A stretch of DNA of 64,000 nt from contig NC_052162.1 in assembly GCF_902713615.1 (NCBI RefSeq), forward strand, positions 126,132,653 through 126,196,652, read 5' to 3'. Source of the DNA: Scyliorhinus canicula. Taxonomy: Eukaryota. Made by a program: the position numbers and the translations under genes. Of the stretch, positions 50,260-61,960 are shown piece by piece. The first letter of the stretch is position 1. The number at the start of each line of letters is the position of its first letter. Under the pieces are notes generated by a model. It was given only the letters and a program-made list of their open reading frames with translations. It searched no databases and was not told the origin of the DNA.

Positions 50260-50442
50260 TGAAATGAAATGAAAATCGCTTATTGTCACGAGTAGGCTTC
50301 AAATGAAGTTACTGTGAAAAGCCCCGAGTCGCCACATTCCGGCTCCTGTTCGGGGAGGCTGGGACAGGAATTGAACTGTGCTGCTGGCCTACCTTGGTCT
50401 GTTTTCAAAGCCAGCGGTTTAGCCCTGTGCTAAACCAACCCC
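50260..50442 (-). mobile_element. Short tRNA-derived SINE with (TTTCA)n tail; relative at 40060-40226
   Basis: GGAATTGAAC B-box complement, GAAGTTACTGTGAAAAGCCC core. Confidence 0.75.
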
Positions 50443-50831
50443 TAATGGGACACCAGACATGCCTTGTGTTGTTATCTGGTACAGATTAGATATATTATTT
50501 ATGCTTCTGTAATGAAGTACATTTATTATTATTTCCTGTTTTGAAATATTCTACTGTATTTATGTTATATATTTCCAGTCATCTCTTCCCTCAGAGGGTT
50601 AGTAGTCTGGATTTCTCTTCCACAGGGACCAGTGGGATGTGGGGGTCATTGAATATATTCACGGATGAGGTGGACAGATTTTTAATAAGTTATTATTTTT
50701 TAAATCATTTTTTAAACAATGAGTACAACAGAGTAACAGAAAAACTGGTGGGAAATGGGTACAGAGCGGAACAAGACATATTGCCAACATAAATACAAGC
50801 AACACATTGCAGAATTAATTTGGAACAGGAT

Positions 50832-51130
50832 AGGCAACACGGTAGCACTATGGCTTCACAGCGCCAGGGTCCCAGGTTCGATTCCCAGCTGGATCACTGT
50901 CTGTGCGGAGTCTGCACGTTCTCCCCATGTCTGCATGGGTTTCCTCCGGGTGCTCCAGTTTCCTCTCACAGTCCAAAGACGTGCAGGTTAGATGGATTGG
51001 CTATGATAAATTGCCTTCAGTGACCAAAAAAGGGTTAGGAGGGCTTATTGGATTACGGGGATAGGGATTAAGTGGGTTGGTGCAGACTCGATGGGCCCAA
51101 TGGTCTCCTTCTGCACTGTATGTTCTATGT
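50832..51130 (+). mobile_element. HE1 SINE
   Basis: GGTTCGATTCCC; CR1-type tail. Confidence 0.9.
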
Positions 51131-51139
51131 ATGATATTT

Positions 51140-51650
51140 GAGGGACCAGAGCCTCGGGGTGAAATGCCAGATCAATTGAACAACCAGTTAACTGGTTAAA
51201 ATAGTGAGTGGGGAAAGAGGGTAAGAGCTGTGAATGATTACAGGCCTGGGATGAAAACTATCCCTCGGCCTCAAAGACAGGATCCGATGCCCTTTCTAAT
51301 TTGAATTGCCCAGGCTTCACATCCAGCTGGAGAAAACGTGGCAGCAGGTCCTTGAAGAACCTAACGGGAGCCTTACCCTCCACATCTTCTGGCAGGCCGA
51401 CAACTCGAATGTTCTTTCTCTGACCCTCGGTTTTCCATGTTCTCCAGGAGTCCACCACCCCACTCAGCCGGTTTTCCACGGATTAAATTCTTGCCTTTGC
51501 CGAGGAGGCATCTTACTCAACATTCGGGATTCTCTCCTCGGGATCATCGAATCTCTTCATGGTGTTTTGCAGCTCGGCTTCATGGGCTCACAGATATTGA
51601 GTCAGCACACTGGTCAATAACACAGAGAATGTCGCTGACATCGATCGGCC
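51140..51650 (-). mobile_element. L1 ORF1 fragment
   Basis: RKNIRVVGLPEDVEGK..FFKDLLP..LERA. Confidence 0.85.
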
Positions 51651-51720
51651 AATGATCCCACAGAATAAACGAGCAGGCTCGATGGGATTAATGGTCAACT
51701 ACAGCTCGTATTTGTTATGA

Positions 51721-51960
51721 TCTCTGTGTCCAGGACACAAAGCAGGCATCTGTCAATCAGCCTGAATCAGCACCTTCAGGAGAATTGGGAGGGTGAATAT
51801 TAGATACAGTAGAGTGAGAATGGAGGGAGAATGTGTGGGATGGAGATTTACAGCTTTTGGGGAATGAGAGGGGAAAGAATATTCTCCTGGAACTAGAATT
51901 GTCTGTTCTGAATTTCTATCCTGTACTGACAGTGATGTCTTTTGTAAATTGTTTTTACAG
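51721..51960 (+). other. Conserved cassette of E (59-nt micro-exon 51734-51792; acceptor 51960)
   Basis: TGTGTCCAG|G...GG|GTGAAT...TTTTACAG|GATATTAG. Confidence 0.75.
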
Positions 51961-52289
51961 GATATTAGAAGAGGAGGAATTACAGACAGAAATCTCAAAC
52001 GTCACGTCTCAATCTGACTGAGTCTCTCAATTACTTGGAACTGAATATCACCGGACATTGAAACGAGAAGGAGAAATGTTTGTCTGTTCTGTCGGCTTCA
52101 AAACATCAGTGTGACTGGAAAAGCACCGAGACACACACACCCGAGTGAGAGTGTTCCAGAGCACTAACTGTGGAAAGCCTGAAAAAACATCACAGCATTC
52201 ACAGCGGGGAGAGACCATACACGTGTTCTGTGTGTGGACGAGGTTTCAACTGATTGTCTAAATTGGAGACACACGAGGAGACCCAAAAC

Positions 52290-52820
52290 ATGGAGAAACC
52301 GTGGCAATGTGGGGATTGTGGGAAGAGATTCAGAGTTCCATCTGCACTGGAATCTCATCGGCGCAGTCACACTGGGGAGAGGCCATTCACCTGCTCCCGG
52401 TGTGAGAAGGGATTCTCTGAGTTATCCAGCCTGAAGAGACACCAGCGAGTTCACACTGGGGAGAGGCCGTTCAACTGCTCTCAGTGTGGGAAGGGTTTTG
52501 CTCACTTATCCCGCCTGCGGATACACCAGCGAGTTCACACTGGGGAGAGGCCGTTCACCTGCTCTCAGTGTGGGAAGGGATTCTGTCAGTTATCCAGCCT
52601 GCGGGTACATCAGCGACTTCAAACTGGGGAGAGGCCGTTCACCTGCTCTCAGTGTGAGAAGGGATTCAATACCTCATCGAGCCTTCTGATACACCAGCGA
52701 ATTCACACTGGGGAGAGGCCGTTCACCTGCTCTCAGTGTGGGAAGGGATTCACTCAGTTATCCAGCCTGCAGAGACACCAGCGAGTTCACACTGGGGAGA
52801 AGCCATTAACCTGCTCTTAG
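52290..52820 (+). CDS. C2H2 zinc-finger protein E, 6 fingers (4th has H to Q), premature TAG, about 3 decayed fingers to ~53050
   Basis: MEKPWQC start; TGERPF linkers. Confidence 0.8.
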   Translation: MEKPWQCGDCGKRFRVPSALESHRRSHTGERPFTCSRCEKGFSELSSLKRHQRVHTGERPFNCSQCGKGFAHLSRLRIHQRVHTGERPFTCSQCGKGFCQLSSLRVHQRLQTGERPFTCSQCEKGFNTSSSLLIHQRIHTGERPFTCSQCGKGFTQLSSLQRHQRVHTGEKPLTCS

Positions 52821-53429
52821 TGAGAGAAGGGATTCAGATATCCCGACACCCTGCGGGAACACTAGCGAGTTCACACCTGGAAGAAGCCATTCAGCTACTC
52901 TGAGCAGGGGAGACATTCAATGATCCGTCCCAACTACGGAGACACTAGCGAGTTAATTCTGGGGAGAGACCATTCATCTGCTCTCAATGTGGGGGGAGGG
53001 GGGTTTGTGATTCATCGCACCTGTTGTGACTCCAACAAGTTCACAATAAATTCCAGATGTTGGCTCCGTTGTTATTGTTTCTGCTCTCACTGACATCCAG
53101 GACTGCATTTTGTTCATTCTGACATCTGGTGAATGCTGATGATTGGAGGGTTTCTTTCTGCTGGACTGGCCGGTCTAACACCTCTGCCTCCGGTGGGCTG
53201 ACCATTTCTGAGCCTCGTTGCGATTACCTGGCTCCAAGTTTGACGAGGAGCACAGAATGAAAAGGTGTTTGCATGTTGGGAGATATTTAGTTCCCAAAGC
53301 AGCCATGTTGCCATGAAGATGGGCTATGGTGGTTACATGGTTCTTTTGCCTAATTTTTTTGGGTGTTTCTCACAGAAGAAACTGCCATGGAATGAGCGGC
53401 AAGTTGTCTGGTAGATTGGGAAATTACAA

Positions 53430-54105
53430 TAAACATATCACTGAAAGTGGCAATGCAGGTGGATAAGGTCGCTAAGAAGGCAGACGGCATGCTTGTCTTC
53501 ATTGGTCGGGGCATTGAGTATAAAAATTGGCAAGTCATGCTGCAGCTGTACAGAACCTTAGTTAGGCCACACTTGGAATATTGTCGACAATTCTGGTCAC
53601 CACATTACCGAAAGGATGTGGAGGCTTTGGAGAGAGTACAGAGGAGGTTTACCAGGATGTTACCTGGCCTGGAGGGTATTAGCTATGAGAAGTTGAATAA
53701 ACTCGGATTGTTTTCTCAGAAGCGACAGAGGTTGATGGACGACCTGATAAAAGTTTACAAAATTATGAGTGGCGTGGACAGAGTGGATAGTCAGAAGCTT
53801 TTTCCCAGGTTGGACATGTTAATTATCAGGTGACATAGGTTTAAGGATCGAGGGGCAAAGTTTAGAGGAGATATGTGAGGGAGGTTTTTTACACAGAGGG
53901 TGTTGAGTGCCTGGAAGACGCTGCAGGAGGAGGTGGTGGAAGCAGGTACGATAGCGACGTTTAAGAGGCATCTTGACGAATACATGAATCGGATGGGAAT
54001 AGACGGATACAGACCCTGGAAGCACAGAATGTTTTAGTTTAGACAGACATCATGATCCGAGCAGGCTTGGTGGGCCGAAGGGCCTGTTCCTGTGCTGTAC
54101 TGTCC
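53430..54105 (+). mobile_element. CR1 3' fragment
   Basis: LYRTLVRPHLEYC..FWSPHY; 3'UTR. Confidence 0.95.
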
Positions 54106-54109
54106 TTTG

Positions 54110-57100
54110 TTATTTGTTGTTCTTGGTATGACGATAGACAGACAGGCAACCACAAGCATTTTATTGACATAAAATAGAGATTCCTTTAAGAAGCAAAAAT
54201 TAAACAGCAAAGTGAAGCTATTGTGGCTGACACGAAAAATTAAAGATTCCATTCAATCAATGGAGGAGACTCATAAAGTGGCCCAAATAGTAGTGAGCCT
54301 GAGGATTGGGAACTTGTTTTAGAATTCAGCAAAGGAGGACCAAGAAACTGATCAAGAGAAAATAGAATGAGAGCAAACTGGGGAGAAACATAAAAACCGA
54401 CTGGAAAAGCTCCTATAGGAATGTGAAAAGGAAAAGATTAGCAAAGACCAATGTGGGTCCATTCCAGGCAGAGACAGGAGAGTTTATAATGGGGAATAAG
54501 GAAATGGCAGAGAAACTAAACAATGTGTGTCTGTCTTCACGGAGGAAGATACAGAAATTGTCCCCAAAACACTAGAGAACCAAGGGACCAGTGAGCACGA
54601 GGAACTGAAGGAGATTAGTATTAGTGAAAAAGTAGCACTGGAGAAATTAATGGGATTGAAAGTTAATAAATCCCCAAAAGCTGATGCTCTACATCCTAGA
54701 GTGTTGAAAGAGGCGGCTGTAGAGATAGTGGATACATTGGTGATCATCTTTCAAAATTCTATAGATTCTGGAATGGTTCCTGCAGATTGGAAGGTGGTAA
54801 ATGTAACCCCACTATTTAAGGAGGGAGAGAGAAAACGGGGAACCACAGACCCATTAGCCTGACATCAGTAGGAGGGAAAATGCTACAAGCAATTATAAAG
54901 GATGTGATAACATATGAATTAGGAGCAGGGGTAGGCCACTCGGCCCCTCGAGCCTGCTCCACCGTTCAATAAGTTCACGGCTGATCTGATTGTAACCTCA
55001 ACTCCACACAGGCCCCTCAGAAAATAAATCTTGGGAGATAGTGATAATATTTTTTATTATAATAATCTTTATTATTGTCACAAGTAGGCTTACATTAACA
55101 CTGCAATTAAGTTACTGTGAAAATCCCCTAGTTCCCACACTCCGGCACCTGTTTGGGTACACAGGGAGAATTCAGAATGTCCAATTCGCCTAACAAGCCC
55201 GACTTTTGGAACTTGTGGGAGGAAACCGGATCACCCGGAGGAAACCCACCCAGTTTTGTGGAGAATATGCAGACTCCGCACAGACAGTGACCCAAGCCGG
55301 AAATTAAACCCGGGTCCCTGGAGCTGTGAAGCAACAGTGATAACCACTGTGCCTCCATGCCACTGTGTCAGTTATGGGGAACAAGGAAATGGCAGAGGAG
55401 TTAAACAGATATTTTGCATCAGTCTTTACGGTGGAAGATACTTTGAATATTCCATTAATACTAAAGAATATGGAGGGAGCAATTAAATACCATCACTGGA
55501 GAAGTTGTATTGGACAAACTAATGAGGATAAGATAAGACCCCTGGATGGCTGCATCCTAGGATCCTAAAAGAAATGGCGACAGAGATAGTGGATGCATTG
55601 ATTGTAATATTCCAAAAATCCTTGGATTCTGGAGAAGTGCCAGAGGATTGGAAAACTGCCAATGTGACAACCCCCCCCCCCCCCCCCCCCCCCCCCCGAT
55701 TCAGAATGGGAGGGAGGAAAACAACGAGACGCTATAGGATGATTAGTCTAACATTTATTGTTGAAAAAAATGTTGGAATCAATTATTAGAAAGGAATAGG
55801 AGCACATTGAGAAAATTATAATCTAATCAAGCAGAGTCAGCATGGCTTTGTGAAAGGGAAACCGTGTCTGACTAATTTATCAGAGTGTTTCCAGGAAGTC
55901 TCGACCAGAGTGGATAGAGGGGGACCAGTAGATGTGTTGTATTTAAACTTCCAGAAGTCCTTTGACAAGGTACCTCACAAAACGTTAAGTCATGAGATAA
56001 GAACCCATGGTTTTGGCATGGATAGAGAATTGGCCAATGAGCAGGAAACAGCGAGTGCGGTTCCACAGGGATCAGTGCTGGGACCACAACTGTGTAAAAT
56101 TTATAGTAATGACTTGGAGGAAGGAAGCCCAAATTTGCAGACAGCACAAAAATAGGTGGAAAGGCAAGTTGTAAGGGGGATACAAACAGTTTGTAAAGAG
56201 ATATTGAGAGGTTAAGCAAGTGGACAGAACGTTGCCACATGGAGCATAATGTGGGAAAATGTGAAATTCATTTTGAAGGGAGAACAAAAGAACAGTATTA
56301 TTTAAATGGAGAAAAACTGCAGAAAGCTGCAACACAAAGGGACTCGGGGGAACTTGTGCAGGAAACACAGGAAGCTAGCAGACAGGTGCAGCAGGTAATC
56401 AGGAAGCTAATGGAATGTTGGCCCTGATTCCAAGGGGGTTGGAGTATAAGAATCGGGAAGTCTTGCTGCAGCTGGACAAGGTGCTGGTGACACCACATCT
56501 GGAGAACTGAGAGCAGTTTTGATCCCCTTATGTAAGGAAAAATATTATTTCATTGGAGGCTGTTTAGAGAAGGTTCACTGTGTCGATCCCAGGTATGGAG
56601 GGATTGTCTTCGGGGCAAAGGTTAAACAGGTTGGGACTCTACTCATTGAAATTTAGAACAATGAGAGGTGATCTCATTGAAACAGACAGGATTCTTCAGG
56701 AGCTTCACAGGGTAAATGCTGAGAGGATGTTTCCCCTCATGGGAGAGTCTAGCACCGCAGGGCATCGTCTCGGAATAAAGAGGAGCCTAATTAAGACTGA
56801 GATGAGGAGGAAATTCTTCTGAGAGTCTTTGGAACAGTGAGAGTTGAGGGGACAGAATCCTTGTGTATATTTAAGGCTGAGATAGATTCTTAATCAGTAA
56901 GGGAACCGAGGATTATAGGGAAAGGGCAGGAAAGTGAACGAGAGAAATATCAGATCAGCTGTGATCCTATTGAAAGATGGGCTAGGCTGGAAGGGCCAAA
57001 TGGCCTACTCCTGCTCCTATTACGTCTGGACTTAGTATAGTTTTATTCCCACCTACCCCCCTGATAATCTTTCACCCCATTGCTTTTCAAGAATCTATCC

Positions 57101-58040
57101 AGCTCTGCCTTCAAAATATTCAAAGACTTTGTTTCCACTGCCCTTTGAGGAAGAGAGTTCCAAAGACTCACAACACTCTGCCTTAAATGGGCAAGTTATT
57201 ACTTTTAAAGTGACTCCAATTTCTAGATTCTCCCACAAGTGGAAACATCCTTCCCACATCCACCCTGTCAAGGCCCCTCAGGATCTTATACGGTTCAATC
57301 AAGTCACCTAAACTCCATCGGAGACAAGCCCAGCCTGTCCAATCATTCCTCATAAGGCCAGCCTCCAATTCCAGGTATGAGTCCAGTAAACCTTCTCTGA
57401 ACTGCTTCCAACACATTGACATCATTCCTTAAATGAGAGCAATACTGTACACAGTGCTCCAGATGTGGTCTCACTAATGTCCTGTATAACTGAAGCATAA
57501 CCTCCCTACTTTTGTATTCAATTCCCCTCACAGTAAACAATAACATTCTATTAGCTTTCCTAATTACTTGCTGTACCTGTATACTCGCCTTTTGTGACTC
57601 ATGCTCTTGGACACACAGATCCCTCTGAGTCTCAGAGCTCTGCAATCTCTCACCATTTAGATAATAAGCTTTTTTATTCTTCTGGCCAACATGGACAATC
57701 GCACATTTTCCCATGTTCTCCATTTGACAGATCTTATTCCACTCATTTAAAATATACATTTTTCACTTCCTTATGTCCTCTTCACAATTTAGTTTCCTTC
57801 CTATCTTTGTATCATTGGAACATAGGAGCAGGAGTTGGCCATTCAGCCCGTCAAGCCTGCTCCACCATTCAATACGATCATGGCTGATCATCCACTTTAA
57901 TGCCTTTTCCCCCACACTATCCCCATCTCCCTTTGTGTTATTGGGATTTAGAAATTTGTCAGTCTCTGCTTTAAACACACTCAATGACTGAGCTCCCACA
58001 GCCCTCTGGGGTAGAGAATTCCAAAGATTCACAACTTGAA
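54110..58040. mobile_element. Mosaic CR1 block downstream of E, with a SINE at ~55050-55360
   Basis: [40 protein letters not shown]; mirrors 41590-44400. Confidence 0.9.
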
Positions 58041-58301
58041 GATTTCTGTTGATCAAATGATTGCCCTGTTCTATTCCCGTATCCCTGTCAGTTTATTTCC
58101 CTCAAAAGCCCATCCAATTTCCTTTGGGACACCGTTGTCAGGCAGTGAATCCCAAGAACTTGTTCTGTTTTTAAATCTAATAATTTCACAATATACTGTG
58201 TTTGGATTTTCACTGGGGATTTGAAATGGAGAGAAAGACATGGTTGTTGCACAAAATCAAGACTCAGTCTTTATGAGTGATCTTCATGAATGGGCAGAGT
58301 G

Positions 58302-59105
58302 AGTTGGGGGAGGAGATTGAGGAGGGGACGTGGGAAGATACCCTCAGGAGGGTGAACTCTTGCTCTTCGTGCACGAGGCTCAGCCTCATACAGTTTAAGG
58401 TACTGCATAGGGCACACATGACCGGGACCAGGATGAGCCGGTTTTTTGGGGGCGAGGACAGGTGTGTTAGGTGTTCGGGGAGCCCAGCAAACCACACCCA
58501 TATGTTCTGGGCATGCCCAGCGCTGGAGGAATTTTGGATGGGCGTAGCGAGGACGGTGTCGAACGTGGTAGGATCCAGAGTTAATCCAGGCTGGGGGTTC
58601 GCAATATTTGGGGTTGTGGAGGAGCCGGGAGTGCAGGAGGCGAAAGAGGCCGGTGTTCTGGCCTTTGCGTCCCTGGTAGCCCGGCAGAGGATTCTTCTTC
58701 AGTGGAAGGATGCGAGGCCCCCGGGCGTGGAGGCCTGGATCAACGACAATGCGGGGTTTATTACATTGGAAAGGGTGAAATTTGCTTTGAGGGGGTCGGT
58801 GCAAGGGATTTTTAGGTGGTGTCAACCGTTCCTAAACTTCCTGGCAGAACGGTAGACAATGGTCATCAGCAGCAGCAACCGCGGGGGGGGGGGGGGGGGT
58901 TCTATTTTAGTTTTGTTCTATACTGGGGGATCTGAGGGGGTGTATATATTTGCTATGTTTGCTTTGTGTTTTGACGGGTGTTAATTTATTATTTATGTAT
59001 GGGGAGGGGGTACTGGGGTGTTTTGTATTTAATTCTATGGGGTATCTTTTTCCATTCTGTTGCTGATATTTTGTGAAAACTTTAATAAAAATTATTTTTT
59101 AAAAA
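58302..59105 (+). mobile_element. 5'-truncated L1 3' end
   Basis: QFKVLHRAH..CVRC..HMFWACP C-terminal motif; AATAAA; 16-bp TSD ATGAATGGGCAGAGTG (58286-58301 / 59106-59121). Confidence 0.95.
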
Positions 59106-59404
59106 ATGAATGGGCAGAGTGTGAAATACCCAGGTTTGCGGTGCCAGTGCCAAGGTGCACACGTTCCAGGGGCTGGGGGACCACCCTGCCCTAACCACTC
59201 AGGGGCCTCCAATGACGCGGGAACCCCTCAGGTACCGTGACGCCTGGCCCATGTCTGTGTGGGCCAATACTAATCGGCATCCATGTGACCAACTGGGGAG
59301 TCAATGAAATCATGGGAGGCCGATTTTGAACTCCCCTGTGATCTAACTGCCGCAGTTGGATTCGCGCCTTGCGCATCGTGGCCATTAGATCGTGCCCCGA
59401 TTCT

Positions 59405-60770
59405 CATTTGCTGTAAAAATGTAAAAGCTTAATTGCTGTGTCTTGCTGTGTCTGTAAAGAATGTGCAATGAGGATAAATGTACTGGCAAGAGAGACCTTC
59501 AAGCTCTGATTAGCCTCAAGTTTACTGTTTGAATAAAGGATTGTATAGAATCAGATAAAGGGATAGTATGAAACAGTTCTATTGTATTCCTGTTTGAGAT
59601 AATGAGAGACGGTGGTGCCAGTAATTGGGGATCCAATTAAATTAATCCAGTGACCAAATTGACCAATTGTCATGTTACAACAGGCCCAACTCTGACGGGA
59701 GGTAATGGTCACTTTGGGGATAAAAGTAGAGGTTCCGAAGGTGTTCCTTGCTGGCCAAGTACTGAAGATTCCGAGGCCGAGTTCCAAGGAAATTACTGTC
59801 AAAGGAGCCAGAGGGTTACGCTGCTACAGACTGATCACCCGCATGAAGTTGGAAAAGTCAATGTCTTAAAGTTGTTCAGTAAACCTTTTTCATTTCATAA
59901 ACTTATTTTTAAATTATCCAGAGAATTCAACCTTTGTCTTAATTGGGTAATTTATTAAATGGTAAGTGGGGGGTGGCTGAGAACAATTAAGTTCCATAAA
60001 ACAAGATCAGATAACATAAACCTTCAATTTAAAAACTTAAATTTCTACAGCACCTTTCACAACCACAGGACGTCCCAAAGTGCTTTACAGCCAATGAAGT
60101 ACTTTTGAAGTGTAGTCATTGTTGCAATGTAGGAAATGCAGCAGCCAATTTACACACAGCAAGATCCCACACACAGCAATGTGTTAATGAGCAGATGATC
60201 TGTTTTTAGTGATGTTGACTGAGGGATAAATATTGACCAGGACACCGGGGATAACTCCACTGCTCTTCTTCAAAATAGTGGCTGTGGGAACTTTTATACC
60301 CACCTGAGAGGGGCAGACAGGGCCTCAGTTTAACATCTTATTTGAAAGAAGGCTGTTCTGACAGTGCAGCACTTCCTCAGTGCTGGGACCAGGAATGGTG
60401 GAACTGGTTTTTGTCCACAGGTCCCTGACTGGGTCTTAACTTTCTGATTCAGAGGTGAGAGAGCTGCCCACTGAGCCATGACTGACACTAGCTAGAAAGG
60501 AAAAGTTATACTATAAAACCCTCTATCCTTTGCCTCCGATGCCTAAATCTAATAATTAAAAAAACAGTATAAATAACATATTTGACTGACAAATGTTGAA
60601 GCGTTGATTTAGAGCCACAAGTTTTGACTCTCCACTTGCTCCTTGAGCATCTTTCTGTCTCTATTGCTCATGTCAATGACAGCCAGACGATGAAGCTGAG
60701 GTTGTATTTAGCTGAGAATAACAGGGCCTGGGCCCCAGTTGAGAAACTGCCATGGGCGTCGCACTAATAG
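59405..60770 (+). repeat. Upstream module, copy 3, including a Deu SINE (60035-60490); no promoter or ZNF follows
   Basis: Colinear with 20085-21935 minus the two young SINEs. Confidence 0.9.
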
Positions 60771-60829
60771 AGAGACAGGAAGGTGCTGGAGGACTGACTG
60801 GGAAATGGGCCTCCAACCAATTGATACAT

Positions 60830-61960
60830 CGGTCACTATTCCGATTCCAGACCAGAGGCTGGGATACTGGACCAAACCCCCAATGTTTCGGCTTATTTGT
60901 CAGACTGCGGATAGAATGATTCGCTCCAGGAGTGATCGCATGAAGAAATAGAGCTTGGTTATTTTAAAAATAAAACTTTATTGTGGCTACAATATTAAAC
61001 ATTTTAACTTCAGCCCCAAAAACAACAGCTTACAATCACCCATTTAAACATCACTACTCAATCTCCCATTAAACAGGAAAAGAAAGATACAGCTCTCAAT
61101 CTATCTTACTGTAGGAGAATTGTGGACCCAGAATTCAACTCCTCTCCAAATCTTTCTCCAAAAACTGCTTTCTAAAGATTTTTAATCTGTCTTTCTGCCT
61201 TCCTTGGTTGCACCCAGCAATGACCTCATCTCCCCAAGCTGGAAAACAAATGATCTCTGCCGGCTGCAAAGAACATTCATTCCACAAGTACTTTCCCAGT
61301 CAAACCACAGTCCATTAGCCCAGACTGAAAAACACATCCCTTTGACAATTTCACCTTCTGCTACTTAAAAACACCCAGGTCCTGCAAAACAGGATCCTTC
61401 TGTAAAATAAAAAAAGGACCACTGCAGTGAATCACACTCTAACCCCACGCTTTTAACCTTTACATTGCCCAATACATTTATAATTGAATTTTCCTAAAAT
61501 CTTCCAATCATCACAACCCCCCCCCCCCCCCCTTAAAAGAAAATAAACCAGCTATTTACGCAGGTGGCTTTGTTTTTCTAAAAACATTTTTCATTTGAAA
61601 CATTTCTTATGATTACATACAACTTGTACTGTGCCATATAATTTTACATGTTTCAACAGTCAAACATACATGCGAGTGTAGTGAGTATAGTCCATTTTAG
61701 TCTTCTCACAAGTCACAGTCACAAGCATAAATTTACCAACTCCTGGAATGCCAAAGACCGGGGCGGCCTCCAAGATTACACAAGAAAAGCTTCAACAATT
61801 CAGTGATATGTAGTTGCCTGGCTCTGACAGCAGAATTCTTCACTTGATGGTAAGAAAGGTTGCCATCGATGCTGCAACATTCATCATCTGTTCTTCACAT
61901 TCATCAGCTGCTTTGTATTCTGTGTCTGTTGAGGAGAGCTAAAAATAATTGGCAACAGAT
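60830..61960 (-). mobile_element. LTR element 3' end: LTR ~60830-61515, PPT 61517-61532, short internal piece
   Basis: Poly-G tract directly before TGTGATG on minus strand; AATAAA on minus strand near 60978. Confidence 0.65.

Noticed and set aside
52251-52253. Selenocysteine or readthrough at the shared TGA
   Set aside because: The upstream frame has further stops and frameshifts and no SECIS was recognised; simple inheritance explains it
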